DNA from: Rhizaria sp. SCN 62-66
Lineage: Eukaryota
Assembly: GCA_001724265.1 (NCBI GenBank)
Contig: MEDY01000344.1
Location: 1-35,602 of the forward strand
Reading direction: 5' to 3'
DNA length: 35,602 nt
Made by a program: the position numbers and the translations under genes. Positions 1-11,100 of this stretch are shown here, one piece after another; the stretch's first letter is position 1, and every line of letters begins with the position of its first letter. Under the pieces are notes generated by a model. The model did no database searches. It saw only the letters and a program-made list of their open reading frames with translations, and had not been told where the DNA came from.

Positions 1-13
1 ACTCGCGGGCAGC

Positions 14-3000
14 ATGATGCTCGGCGGCGGCGGCGGCGGCGGCGACGGCACTGCTGACCCTAGCGCCGCCGCGGCAGGCGGCGAGGGCAGCAACGCGCTC
101 GCTGACGGCGACGACAGCGACGACGACGACGACGCGGCTGCCGCGGCGGCGCGCGCGCGCTCTGTCGGCAGCGACGGCGCCGCGGCCGCGGTCGAGATCG
201 CGTTCTTGGACTACGACGACGACGGCGAGGACGGCAGCAGCGGCGGCGGCGGCGTGGGCGGTGACGGCGGCGGTTCTGCGGGCGGCGACGGTGTCCCCAC
301 AGCGCGTGCGCGTCACCACGCGGCTACCAAGCGCGCTCCGACGGCGCGGCGCTACTCGCCCGGTCTCTCGCGCTGGTCGTTCCTGCAGCTGCTGTGGGAC
401 AACGAGGGCGTGTTCATGCGCGCGCCGCCCGTGCTCTCGTCCGCGCACCGGCTCGCGTTGACCGAGCGCATCCTGTCCGGCACCAGTGAAGTGCACCTGC
501 TGCTGCCGCCGCTGCAGGCCGTCGACGTGGTCGAGGCGCGCCGTGCGCTTATTGAGGCTAACCGCCGCCTCGGTCTCTCGGCCTCACTGCTGCGCTCAGT
601 CAAGCACGCCGACGCCGCCGCGCGCGGGATCGACTTGCCCGCTGTCGTCGCGCTCAAGCAGGCTGTTGACGGCGGCCGCTACAACACGGCCGCCGCGGCC
701 GCCGCGCAGGACCCGACAGCCGCCGCCGCCGCCGCCGTCGCCGCGGCTGCCGCGCTGTCGCCCGCCGAAGCCGCCGCACGCGTGGCCTCCGAGCGGCGCC
801 GCGCCGCGCGCCAGTGCCGTTTGGACCGTCTCAAGGACGTCGACTCGCGTGACTTCTACTACCAGCCGCCGCAGATTGCCGTCGCGGGCGCTGGCGACGC
901 CGCTGCCGTCGCCGCCGCCGCCGCGGTGACACCGGCGATGCTTGCGCTGCTCGCGCGCGCCAATGACGCTGTGGTGTCCGCTGCGGCTGCGCTGGTGGTC
1001 GAAGCCGACGCCGTCGCCGCGCCGCCGCGCGCCAACGACGCCTCTGCGCTGCTCAACACGGTGCACAAGGCGGCGGCGCGCGAGCTGGGGTCAGAAGCGC
1101 GCGCCAACGAAGTGATCCGCTCCACGGCCGCGCTCGAGCTCTTTCGCACTCACCGCACGCCCGCAGTGGCCGCGGCCGCGGGCGCGCTCGTGGCGGCCGC
1201 GCAGGCCGGTCTGCCGCTGGCCGCCGAGCCCACGCAGCGGCTCCTGCACAAGCTCGCCCCGCGCACGCTCCGCGGCCCGCCGCGCCCGCGCGAGCGCACG
1301 CCGTCGGCGCTCGACAACGCGCTGGGCTCGCTCATGCAGTGGGGCGTGGAGCAGCCCGCTGGCCGCGCCGCGCTGCCGCTCGCCGCACTGGGCAACTGGG
1401 CGTCGCCGGTCAACGCGCTCGAGTGGGCCGGCGAGGGCTGGCTCGACGCGCTGCTTTGGCCGCACGCGCCTGAGGAAGTGCGGTTGGTGACCAACGCGTG
1501 GGGCAACGATTACGCGCGCCACTTCGACTGGTCCGAGGAGGGCGTGCGCCGCTTCCAGACGTACTGCCGCGCCGGCGATTATAACACCGGTCTCGTGGCG
1601 CGCGCGGCGAACCCACAGCAGGAGCGTTATCACGGATACATTCCGCGCCGCTTGCTTGACGCCCGGCCGCGCGCGCCGATGCTGTCGCTGCCGCTGCTGC
1701 TGCCCATTCCGCCGCCAGCCCCGCGCGCGGCTGACGGCAGCCTTTCTGCCGCTACGGCCACTGCGGCGGGACAAGGCAGTAGTTCCTACGGCTACGCGCC
1801 GACGGCCAACAACACGTTTGTGTCCGGCGTGAGCGACGTGGCCAAGCTTCTCCCGCCCATGCCGTGGTCGTCCTCGGCTATGGCGGCCACACCTGTCCCC
1901 GCGGCGGGCGCGAGCACCGCGTCGGCTGCGACGACGATTGGTGACGACACCGCTGCGCTGCTGAACCAGAACGGAGCCGTTGTGGCGGACTCTCTCGCGC
2001 CGTCGTCCTCCACTGTGAACAACCCTCCCGTATTGGCGGCGCAGCAGCTCAAGGAGCAGCGCCAGCGCCAGCTCAGCGAGGACGCGCGCCTCGCGACATC
2101 ACAATCCTCCGCCGAGTCCAAGATGATGCGCACGTGCTGCGGTTTCTTCGGCGTCGACCTCCTTGCGCCGCCATTTACTGTCAGCGGCATCAACTTTGCA
2201 TTCCTCGAAGCGCCCGCGCCGTTCCACGTTCCGCCGCACGTGCGCTACACACGCCAGTACGCGGGCGAGCAGGCCGCGCTGTACTTTACTTTCGTGACGT
2301 TCATCATCTACTATCTATTGCCGATTGCGCTGACTGGACTTGTGTTTACGTATTTCCACCTCCGTGACGGCTCCGGCAATCCTGCGACGCCGTGGAACGC
2401 GATCATCGTGCTCTTTTGGGCCACGTGGCTCATCGAGGCGTGGACGCGCAAGCAGAGCGAGCTCGCCATGCACTGGGGCCGCCGCAAGTACAAAAACCTG
2501 GAGCGCATCTCATACCGCTTCAAGCCGCTGTTGAACAAGGACGGTACCCCCAAGACGAAGCTGAATCAAGTCACGCAGGCGCACGATCCCTACTATCCGC
2601 TGCTGCGCCGTCGTCTCAAGGTGTCGTTCTCGGTGATCTTCACACTGGCCGCGATGGCCGTTGTAGTGGCAGTGCAGATTGCAGTGACGAAGCTCACACC
2701 CGACGGCAACTCGCCCGAAGACCAGTACAAGCAGATTGCGCTGTCGATCGCGTCTGCTGTGATTATCCAGGTCACTAAGGCCGTGTACCTTTTCTGCGCG
2801 GATAAGCTCACTGAGTGGGAAAACTACGCACTTGAGTCCCAGGCTGACACGTCGCTCAACCTCAAATCCTTCGCTTTCTGTTTCTTCAACGAGTTCTTCA
2901 CGCTGTACTGGATCGCACTCGGCCTCGACAACAATACCGACGCTTCCACCCGTCTTTTCATCCAACTCATCACACTCGTCCTCACTTCCATCGCGACGAA

Positions 3001-4765
3001 CATCCTGCTCCAGCAAGTCCTGCCCTGGGCGCGGCTGCGCTGGGCCACGCGGTCAAGCACCTGCTGCTTCTGCTGCCGCTGCAAGCGCGCATCGGTGCTG
3101 TCGAACCTCGCCTACTTCGTGCGCGAGCCCGAGCTCGCCGCGGCCGAGGAAGCCCGCGCGGTCGCGGAGATCCGTGCCGCGCGTCTATCTTCCAGTGTGT
3201 CGGTGCGGCTCGCGCTGTCCAACTCCGCCGGTGACTCCGGGCTCGTCACGGACCCGCTGCTGCCCCGCGGCCTTGCACTGCGCTCTTCTTCCTCATCTGC
3301 CGGCGGCGCCAAGCCCGCCAATTCGAGTAGAGTACAGCCACTGACTGCGGGAGGCGCCACACGCGGCACCGTGTCGGCGTCGGTGTCGACGCCCCCGTCG
3401 TCGCGCCCGTCGTCCGCGCGCGTGGCGCCCGCTGTTGTCGTTGGCAGCCCGCGCCGCGTGCGGTTTAACCTCGCTGCCGCGACCGCCGCGGCCGACTCTG
3501 CACTGGAGCGCGCCGAGTCCGCTGACGCGCTCGTCACCACTCAGCAACAACAGCAGCAGCGCAACGTCGCCAACAAGGCGGCGCGCCGCACCCGTGCTGA
3601 CGTCGCGTCCCAGGACCCTGCCGACGCCGCCGCCGCCTCCGCCGCATCGTCCGACCCGACGACTGTGTCCCTGTTCGAGCTGATCGACACCGCGCCGCTG
3701 GTGTCTGGCGCGATGACGTGGGCCGAGTACGCCCGCCGCGTCGCGCGCCGCCGCCGCGAGCTCCGCCGCCGCGAACGACTGCGCGGCGTCGCGGCGGCCT
3801 TCAGCGCCAGCGCCGTGGACGAGCTCGCGCTTGCCGTGCCGCCCGCCGAGTCCGCCGCCACGGCCTCCGCGGCCGCCGCGGCCGCCGCCGCCGCCACAGC
3901 CGCGGGCGCGCCGTCTGACGCCCACGCGCCATGGCGCTACGGCTACGGCCCCGGGTTCGAGGTGCCGCCCGCGGTGCTTGCGTCGAGCGATGAGGAAGAG
4001 GAAGCTGAGGACGACGACGACGGCGCGACCGCGGGCTCGCCGATGGCTGCCACTGTGGCGGCCGGTGGCGGCGGCGACTTCTTCAACTCCGGCGTGCTGG
4101 CGTACAGTCGCAATGGGTGCAACGGCGCGACCCAATTGCGCTCGCCCGTCGGCGTGTGCGTCTCGGTGAGCAAGTCTCGCCAGGAACGCCTCGTTGCGTC
4201 GGCGATGCTCGAAGCGCTGCGCCCGCCAGCGACGAAGCTGTTCAACGAGTACCTCACCATTATGATTCTGCTCGGGTATGTGATGGGATTCAGCTCTATC
4301 TTCCCAGAAGGTCCCGTTGCCGTTGTCATCGCGGTGTGGCTGGAGCGGCAGGGCGACTTGTGGCGCTTTCTGACCGTGACGCAACGCGCGCTGCCGATCT
4401 CGGCCAGCGACATCGGCGCGTGGCAGATCGTGCTGTCGTTCCTGTCGTACGCGTCGATCGTCTCCAACGGCATCATCATCTTTTACACCTCGGACCAGGG
4501 TCGCGCGATCATTGACTACGACCGCGATTTTATGTTCGTGTGCTTCCTGCTCATCGTGTGGACGCTCAAGTCGCTCGCCTCCCGCCTCGTGCCAGACGCG
4601 GCTACGTGGGTGCGCTGGCGCGAAGAGCGCGCTGAGCTGCGCCAGCAAGAGGATGAGCGCCGCTTCGGACACGTGTCCAAAGAGCAGGCGATGGCGACTG
4701 TCGCGCAGCTCAGGGATCAAGTCGCCGCGCTGCAGGGCAAGGTCCGCGAGCTTGGCGGGCAGTAA
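14..4765 (+). CDS. Anoctamin/TMEM16-family Ca2+-activated channel/scramblase with large low-complexity insertions; may be 5'-partial because the frame is open from position 2
   Basis: Family motifs 'RQYAGEQAALYFTF', 'WLIEAWTRKQSELAMHWG', 'LTEWENY...LNLKSFAFCFFNEFFTLYWIA', 'FNEYLTIMILLGYVMGFSSIFPEGP', 'TQRALPISASDIGAWQIVL'; multiple hydrophobic TM segments; ends TAA at 4763-4765. Confidence 0.9.
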   Translation: MMLGGGGGGGDGTADPSAAAAGGEGSNALADGDDSDDDDDAAAAAARARSVGSDGAAAAVEIAFLDYDDDGEDGSSGGGGVGGDGGGSAGGDGVPTARARHHAATKRAPTARRYSPGLSRWSFLQLLWDNEGVFMRAPPVLSSAHRLALTERILSGTSEVHLLLPPLQAVDVVEARRALIEANRRLGLSASLLRSVKHADAAARGIDLPAVVALKQAVDGGRYNTAAAAAAQDPTAAAAAAVAAAAALSPAEAAARVASERRRAARQCRLDRLKDVDSRDFYYQPPQIAVAGAGDAAAVAAAAAVTPAMLALLARANDAVVSAAAALVVEADAVAAPPRANDASALLNTVHKAAARELGSEARANEVIRSTAALELFRTHRTPAVAAAAGALVAAAQAGLPLAAEPTQRLLHKLAPRTLRGPPRPRERTPSALDNALGSLMQWGVEQPAGRAALPLAALGNWASPVNALEWAGEGWLDALLWPHAPEEVRLVTNAWGNDYARHFDWSEEGVRRFQTYCRAGDYNTGLVARAANPQQERYHGYIPRRLLDARPRAPMLSLPLLLPIPPPAPRAADGSLSAATATAAGQGSSSYGYAPTANNTFVSGVSDVAKLLPPMPWSSSAMAATPVPAAGASTASAATTIGDDTAALLNQNGAVVADSLAPSSSTVNNPPVLAAQQLKEQRQRQLSEDARLATSQSSAESKMMRTCCGFFGVDLLAPPFTVSGINFAFLEAPAPFHVPPHVRYTRQYAGEQAALYFTFVTFIIYYLLPIALTGLVFTYFHLRDGSGNPATPWNAIIVLFWATWLIEAWTRKQSELAMHWGRRKYKNLERISYRFKPLLNKDGTPKTKLNQVTQAHDPYYPLLRRRLKVSFSVIFTLAAMAVVVAVQIAVTKLTPDGNSPEDQYKQIALSIASAVIIQVTKAVYLFCADKLTEWENYALESQADTSLNLKSFAFCFFNEFFTLYWIALGLDNNTDASTRLFIQLITLVLTSIATNILLQQVLPWARLRWATRSSTCCFCCRCKRASVLSNLAYFVREPELAAAEEARAVAEIRAARLSSSVSVRLALSNSAGDSGLVTDPLLPRGLALRSSSSSAGGAKPANSSRVQPLTAGGATRGTVSASVSTPPSSRPSSARVAPAVVVGSPRRVRFNLAAATAAADSALERAESADALVTTQQQQQQRNVANKAARRTRADVASQDPADAAAASAASSDPTTVSLFELIDTAPLVSGAMTWAEYARRVARRRRELRRRERLRGVAAAFSASAVDELALAVPPAESAATASAAAAAAAAATAAGAPSDAHAPWRYGYGPGFEVPPAVLASSDEEEEAEDDDDGATAGSPMAATVAAGGGGDFFNSGVLAYSRNGCNGATQLRSPVGVCVSVSKSRQERLVASAMLEALRPPATKLFNEYLTIMILLGYVMGFSSIFPEGPVAVVIAVWLERQGDLWRFLTVTQRALPISASDIGAWQIVLSFLSYASIVSNGIIIFYTSDQGRAIIDYDRDFMFVCFLLIVWTLKSLASRLVPDAATWVRWREERAELRQQEDERRFGHVSKEQAMATVAQLRDQVAALQGKVRELGGQ

Positions 4766-5382
4766 GTGTCGCAGGTACAGGTATAGCCGTCAATTCTTGC
4801 CTGTTTGTGCTAGTGAATGTCACATATGTTCGACTCGCGTTGCAGCCTTCATATCTATATGTTCAACCCCTTACCCCAATTGTGTGTTTATTATAATGTG
4901 TTTTAGTTTTCATTTATTGATTGTTGGCTTAAATTTTGTTTTTCTGCTTTTTGTGCCGTGTGATCAGTGGAGTCGGAAATTTGTTACGCGTGCCTGGCCA
5001 TGTTTGAGTTATATTAATGATGATATTCTCCGACGATTGAGCAGGATATCCAGTGTTAATTGAATCTGTGTTAAGATGAATGACGTTAACATTGTGTTAG
5101 ATAGTTGTTCATCACTAGCTCATTTTAAAGTTCATACACAAAATGAATATTTTCTTGTCGGAGACGCGACTGCGGCAGCAGGTCGAGGCACAGAGCCACA
5201 GAGGATTTTGAATAGGAGCCAGAACTTCGACGTGCTTTAATTCTGTAGATTGATCGTCAAGTACTGCTAAAACTACATATCTTGATTAAATCAGTACAGG
5301 CTACTAGAAGACAATATTCTAATCCCCTATTCATTTGGATTCTCTTTTTTAAACGCCTGTTTCTTTCTTCTACCTAGACCGC

Positions 5383-7950
5383 ATGGCAACGACGAGGAAG
5401 CGGTTGAATCCGCGCGATTTTGAGTTCAAAAACAAGACTGGTGAGAAGTTATTCAAGCGCCCCGGCGAGATTAACGGTATCACGTTCACACTTGATGGCC
5501 TCACAGACTGTGACATCGTGCTCGCGGACCACTGCGGACAAGTGACGATGGACGACTCGACCCGCACCCGCGTTGTCGTGGGCCCCGTCGATGGTCCCTT
5601 TTTCCTCCGCAACTGTCACAACTGTCACGTCTCCGTCGCGTGCCGCCAGTTCCGCTGCGTTGACTGCTCCGACGTTACTGTGCGCCTCTACTGCCACACC
5701 AAGTCCCCCGTGGTGTAGACGTCAACGCGCATGACGTTTCTCCCCTGGAATGTCGCCTACCCCGCGCTCGACACGCACTTCGCCGCCGCGCGCCTCGACC
5801 CCGCCATGAACCACTGGGACGTGATCTACGACTTCAACGCCGCGGACCCTGCGCCTGCGGACGCGCCGCACTATACCGTCGCGACTTCATTCAACACGGA
5901 GTCCCGGGTGCTCACAGCCGATACTTTCGCTCGTGCGGACGCTGCCGACCCCGACGCTGATGCCGCGGCTGTCGCGGCGCTGCCGGCCCCCAGCAACCCG
6001 GTCGCGATGCCCGCGTCAGCCGCGTCCGCGGAGCCAGAGTGGGACGCGCCCCTCGGCCTGCAAGACGCCGCCGCCACTGCTGACGCAGAGGCCCAGGATC
6101 AGGAGCAGAAGGCTGCCGTCGTCGCTGCTGATGAGACTGCTGCCGCTGCCGATGCTGCTACAACGGAGCAGAAGGCCGCCATTGACGATGACGACGGTGA
6201 GCTTTTCGGTCTCGTCGAGGCCCCCGTTGGTTTCGCTGCCGCCGTCCCAATCGCTGACGACAACGCTGCCGCCGATACCAACAACACCGGCCTCGTCATC
6301 ACCACAAACGCTGAGCCTGCCGAGCCCGACCTGGCGGCGGCTAAGATGCACGTTCACGTCACCTCGCCCTCGCATAACGGCAGAGCTACGAACAGCACGG
6401 CCTTCAGCCCTAACGGCGCTGGAGCGGGGGATGAGTTCGACGTCTTCTCGCCCGCCGCCCATAGTACGGGGACGGGGACGGGCCGGAAGATGCTGCGTCC
6501 ATCCAAGGCGTAGACTGCCCGCTCCGCCGCGCCCACGCCCAGCAACGCCGCTGCGGCTGCGCCTGTGACTCCTCCCAGTACCGCCAGCGCGACCGCTGCC
6601 GCTGCTGCTGCGGCGGCGGCCACGGCGTCTGCTGAGGCTGAGGCGAAGGCTGCCCAGGACAAGAAGGACAAAGATGAGAAGGAGAAAAAGGACAAGGACG
6701 CCAAGGAAGCTGTTGAGCGCAAGAAGAAAGAGCAACTTGAGAAGGAAAGGCGCGATAAGGAAGCCAATGACGCCGAGGCCGCCGCCGCCGCTGCTGCCGC
6801 CGCCAGCGTTCCAGTGCAGAAGGCTGACGCCGAGGCCGAGGCTGAGGACGCGTGGGCCAACATCGAGGAGCGCGAGCTTGCCGCGACCGATGACGCCATC
6901 GACGTCCCTGCTGTCCCAGAGTCTGGATCCACTGCTACTGCTCCTGCAGGTGCTGCTGCTACTGCGGCAGGGACAAAGCCTGCCCCTGTCCCTGCGACCG
7001 CCCCCGTCTCCGCTTACGCCACCGTGACCGCCACGTCAACATCCGCCCTCCGCAGCGGCGGCCGCACCACATTTGCGTCTCTGCTCTCCTGGGGGCACGC
7101 ACTGGACATCTCCGCCCTGTTGGCCGGTGGCGCCCCACCCCGCGCCGGCGACGGCCCAGGGAGCGCCAGCAAAACCACCGCGCAGCGCGTGGTGTTTTGG
7201 GATGCGCGCACCAACATTTCCTGCTTCCAGTCGCTCATCTGGTCTCTCTGCGGCGCGCCCGCGCTGGACGATGGCGAAGAGGCCGCGCGCAAGAGGCTGT
7301 TGTGTCTCGCAGCGACGCGGTACGCTGCCGGCGACGGAGGCGACGATGCGGCGGTCACGCGTGGCGCTCTCGCGCGGTACTACCTCACACTCACGAGTAC
7401 CACCGGGACGCGTGCTCACAGCGACGACGACGCGGATCACGGCGCTGAGGCTGAGGCAGCGGTGGCAGCGGTGGGCGAGCACTGGGAGCGTGTCGGCTTC
7501 CAAGGCTCTGACCCCAACAGCGACATCCGCGGCACGGGCTGCCTGGGGCTGTTGCAGGTGCAATACCTGCTGCAGCGCGACCCCGCCCTTGCGGCGCGCG
7601 CTTACGCAGCGTCCCGCACCGCTGACCGCGCGTTCCCGCTCGCGATCGTGCTGTTTAACCTCGCGGGACTCGTGCTGCCAGTGCTGCGGTCGCCGGAGAT
7701 CGTCGAGTGGGTTGACCGTGTGCCCCCTGCCGCGCGCGCCGCCGCAGCCGCGGTTGCCGGGCCTGGTGCCCAGGTTAGCGCGGTCGAGACGCTCGCGCTC
7801 GAGGTGTTTGTCGGCGCGATCAGGCGCTTTGAGCGGCTGTGGCGGGCGCGAGGGGAGAGTATCGCTGCGTTTCCGCCGCTCAAGGACGAGCTGGCGGCCG
7901 CTGTGAGGGCGGACCCGCTCCAATTCATCGGCGAGCCCACCAAGGACTGA
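5383..7950 (+). CDS. RP2/TBCC-domain plus ELMO/CED-12-domain fusion protein (about 855 aa), read through two in-frame TAG codons (5716-5718, 6511-6513)
   Basis: ORFs 5383-5718, 5731-6513 and 6565-7950 share one frame and are separated only by TAG. The N-terminus is RP2/TBCC-like ('GPVDGPFFLRNC','CRQFRC','PVV*TS..MTFLPWNVAYPAL','NHWDVIYDFN'). The C-terminus has the ELMO GAP motif 'WERVGFQGSDPNSDIRGTGCLGL'. There is no in-frame ATG after 6513. Ends TGA. Confidence 0.8.
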
Positions 7951-8194
7951 GCGCGCGAATTGGCTGAGCGAGCATGGGATTGAACGTAACTTCTGGACTG
8001 ATGGGAGGTGCCTGGACGACTGAGGTCGAGTCAGGGCCACATGATGAGACTAGTGAACTTTTTATAAATCTGTTCATTCTGATCGTCAAATAGGATATGC
8101 CATCACAAGCTAATATAAAATACGATTTTTTATTTGATTCCTTAATTATATCTCTTAAAGGCTTTCTGAATACCGAAAATCGAGGTGGGCGCGA

Positions 8195-11100
8195 ATGGCA
8201 TCTTTGTACAGTCGCAAGACTGCCCGCCAACCAAGCTCCCCGCCTCCACCGACCACCGCAGCTCATGTTCCAACGCAACAAGCCCCGCCAGCAGCGCCAA
8301 CTGCTGACTTATGCATCTTCTGCTCTGAAGAGTGGCGCTCACTCGAGACGTACGGTGTGAAGGAGGAGGCCGCGTACCGAGCCTCCCTCGCAGCACCTGC
8401 CCATAGCACCATCGCCTCCACCGAGACGCAGGCAGCGCCCACCGCGGCCACCGCAGTCCCCGCCCTGACTGCAGCTGACGCGGTCCAGAGTCCCGTCTGC
8501 GAGTGCGCGCACTGCTTTTAGCGCCGGTGTGCAGTGGCCACCCCATGGGTTTTCTTCTTCACCCAGGCTCCCGCACTCGCGTTCGCGGACTCCTGGCGCG
8601 ACTGGCTGCTGGGCCGCGCTTTCACACTGCCGGACGGAAACACAGCGCCCGCGCTGGAGCGTGACGGTGGGCACGTTCCCAAACACAGCCCTCTTGCGCT
8701 GCTAGTGAGTGCTGATCCAGCATCAGTGTTGGAGCTCGCATCTGCCCCGAGCCCCGTCGCCTCGTCTTTGCCTGCAACAGCTTCATCAGCCAACACTGCA
8801 GCCTCGAGCGCAAAGACACCGGGTGCCGTCAATGCCGGCGTTTCCGAAGGTGTTGCCGCGCCGGAACCCGCTGCCTTTGGTGCCGCCGCTGTTGACGTCA
8901 AAGCACAGTACCTGTCGACCGCGACCGCAGCCTCAGTTGCGGATGCTGAACGCGCGCGCGCTGCAGCAGCAGCCACGAACCCAAACGCTCCTGCACACGC
9001 TGCGACAACAGCGCCAGCAGAGATTCTGACTGTGCGCCTGGCGTCCGCCGCGACTGCCGCCCCCGCCGCGCTCGGCTCGGCGGCGTGTGTCGTTTACACC
9101 GGCCCCGCTGCTGTGTCGCCGCTAGCCCACCGAGGCCGCGCGCACGACCTCTTCGCGGCCCGGCTGCGCGGCGCGCCCGTGCCGACCGCCGCCGCGCTTG
9201 CCGCGGACGCCGCGACCGACGCCGGGCGCGTGCGAGACGCTGCGGCGCGCTTCCCGCACAGTACTCACACGCACACTCACTCTCGCAAGTGCATTCACGT
9301 TGACGCTGGCACTGCCGAGAGTAAGCAGCGCCGGGCTGCCTGGGTGCTGCGCGCCACTGCTGCTCTCGTCCTGCCGCGAGTGTGGGCGTTTGAGCACGGC
9401 GCCGCGGGGAAGCGCGTTTACGTGGTGGCGTCACTGGGCGCGTTTGTGCGGCGGTTTGTGCATATGAAGCCGGAGCATGCGGCGTATTATGAGGTGGTCC
9501 GTGCGGGGGCGCCGGTGAGGCCGTATCTCGATATCGAGCTGACGTGCGATGATCAAAGTAACACATATATCACCAACAACGACCACGCCCAGCTAGCCAA
9601 CAACAGCGCTGACGGTGGCGACCAGTCAGGAAGCAGTGCTCCCGTCTACGGTAGTTCGGATAATAGCTCGAGCTCCGCTTCTGCCACTGCGGTTGACGCC
9701 CCTTTTGCGTTTCCGCCTCCCGTTGCAGTTGTGCGCGTGCTGTTGCAACGCGTATGGCTGCATCTGCTGCTTTTGCGCGGCGTCACGTTTGCGTTTCAAC
9801 CCGACTGTGACCGCAGCATCTCAGGCACCGATGAGAGTCAAGTTCACAAGAAGCGCCTGCTGTGCAAGACTCACGCGCCGTTTGCTACCCGTGCTGGCGC
9901 AGCTGTCAGCGACTTGGACGCGACGATCCGCGGACGCAAGCTCTCCCGACACGTGGTGTTGTCGCTGCCGGACGACGCGCGCATTGCAGCCGCGTCGCGC
10001 ACGCCGCTTTCTCCAATTGCGAGCCGCGAACAGCAGTCCAAGCAAACCGCGGATACTGCCACTACCGCTGGGACCAAGGGCGCCGCAGTTAACGGGGACT
10101 GGGAGCTCGTCGCGACCACGGCCACTGAGAGCGAAGATGCCGCAGTCAACCGTGACGGTAAACACGCCGCGACCCCTGACCTGTGGGGGGACTTGGGGGA
10201 CTGGATGCGCGCACTCCACAACGCAGTGCGCTTTGAGGCTGAACAAGCGCCACCGCACACAGCACCGTTAGCTGTTGATACAACTGCATGTAACAACTTC
10301 CGATGTGCCGCTCCTAAATCAGGACACGCGGGACGTTGTGGCGGGCTGTGTCTCGACTGGGCCCGACTCTGTGACCGCGCTTGCGACGGTGAGCGCGATA
10401 TGAGCGCTAATGAGCACAAACAGAGTCACTCTGGTGAATTCAGGGCTAGCGACCGCAAGTTCATGTTTAGTGACCGTGAGCGCGGAGGTGCATGGCCTCT
10501 GTGTGCGCTTGGGGGAATCTTGCGCTCACGTGCGCTTCCGTGCCCAGGTCTCGCACCAAGTCAATCGGGGCTTGCAACATGCTCTAGGTCAGCAGATGCA
10601 CAATCAGAGCATCCTTCGCAGTCACGTGTGCCGTGTGTTCGATGTGATAACGACCCGCTGATCTCTCTGCCTTCACTGCACACACCGCCTCGTTCGCAGT
10701 CGAATCGCGCTGACACGGACGCGTTTGATCACTCTTCTGAGTCGACGACTGTGACCCGCCTGTCGACTGCCGTCGCCGCGTTCGCGCGCTCGCTATGTCA
10801 CGCACACCGACACGGCCCCTTGATCTCAGCCACAGCGCTGCGATCTACCTTTGCACCCAACACTGCAGAGGCGAACAATACTCCATACTCAGTCAACTCA
10901 GACTCCCCATTGAACGGTACCACTACGAGTGAGTCGGTGAGCGCGCTCGGCGCGTGGGCGGTCGACACAGGTGTTTACACTCGGAATCGCTGTTTCCGGC
11001 TTCTTGGAGCTGCAAAGCGCGGCCGCGCGGCGCACCCACTCGATGTGGCTCCGGCGTGTGCTGAAGCGACCGCTGATGTCGACGTCGCAGCATCACAGGT

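Noticed and set aside
6464-6513. Intron removing the TAG at 6511 (GTACGG...TAG)
   Set aside because: 50 nt, GC-rich and frame-shifting (phase 1 donor to phase 0 acceptor), unlike the 123-155 nt AT-rich introns in this window.
5716-8521. Pyrrolysine or selenocysteine recoding
   Set aside because: Sec uses TGA; Pyl is not known in eukaryotes; the one alignable site corresponds to Glu.
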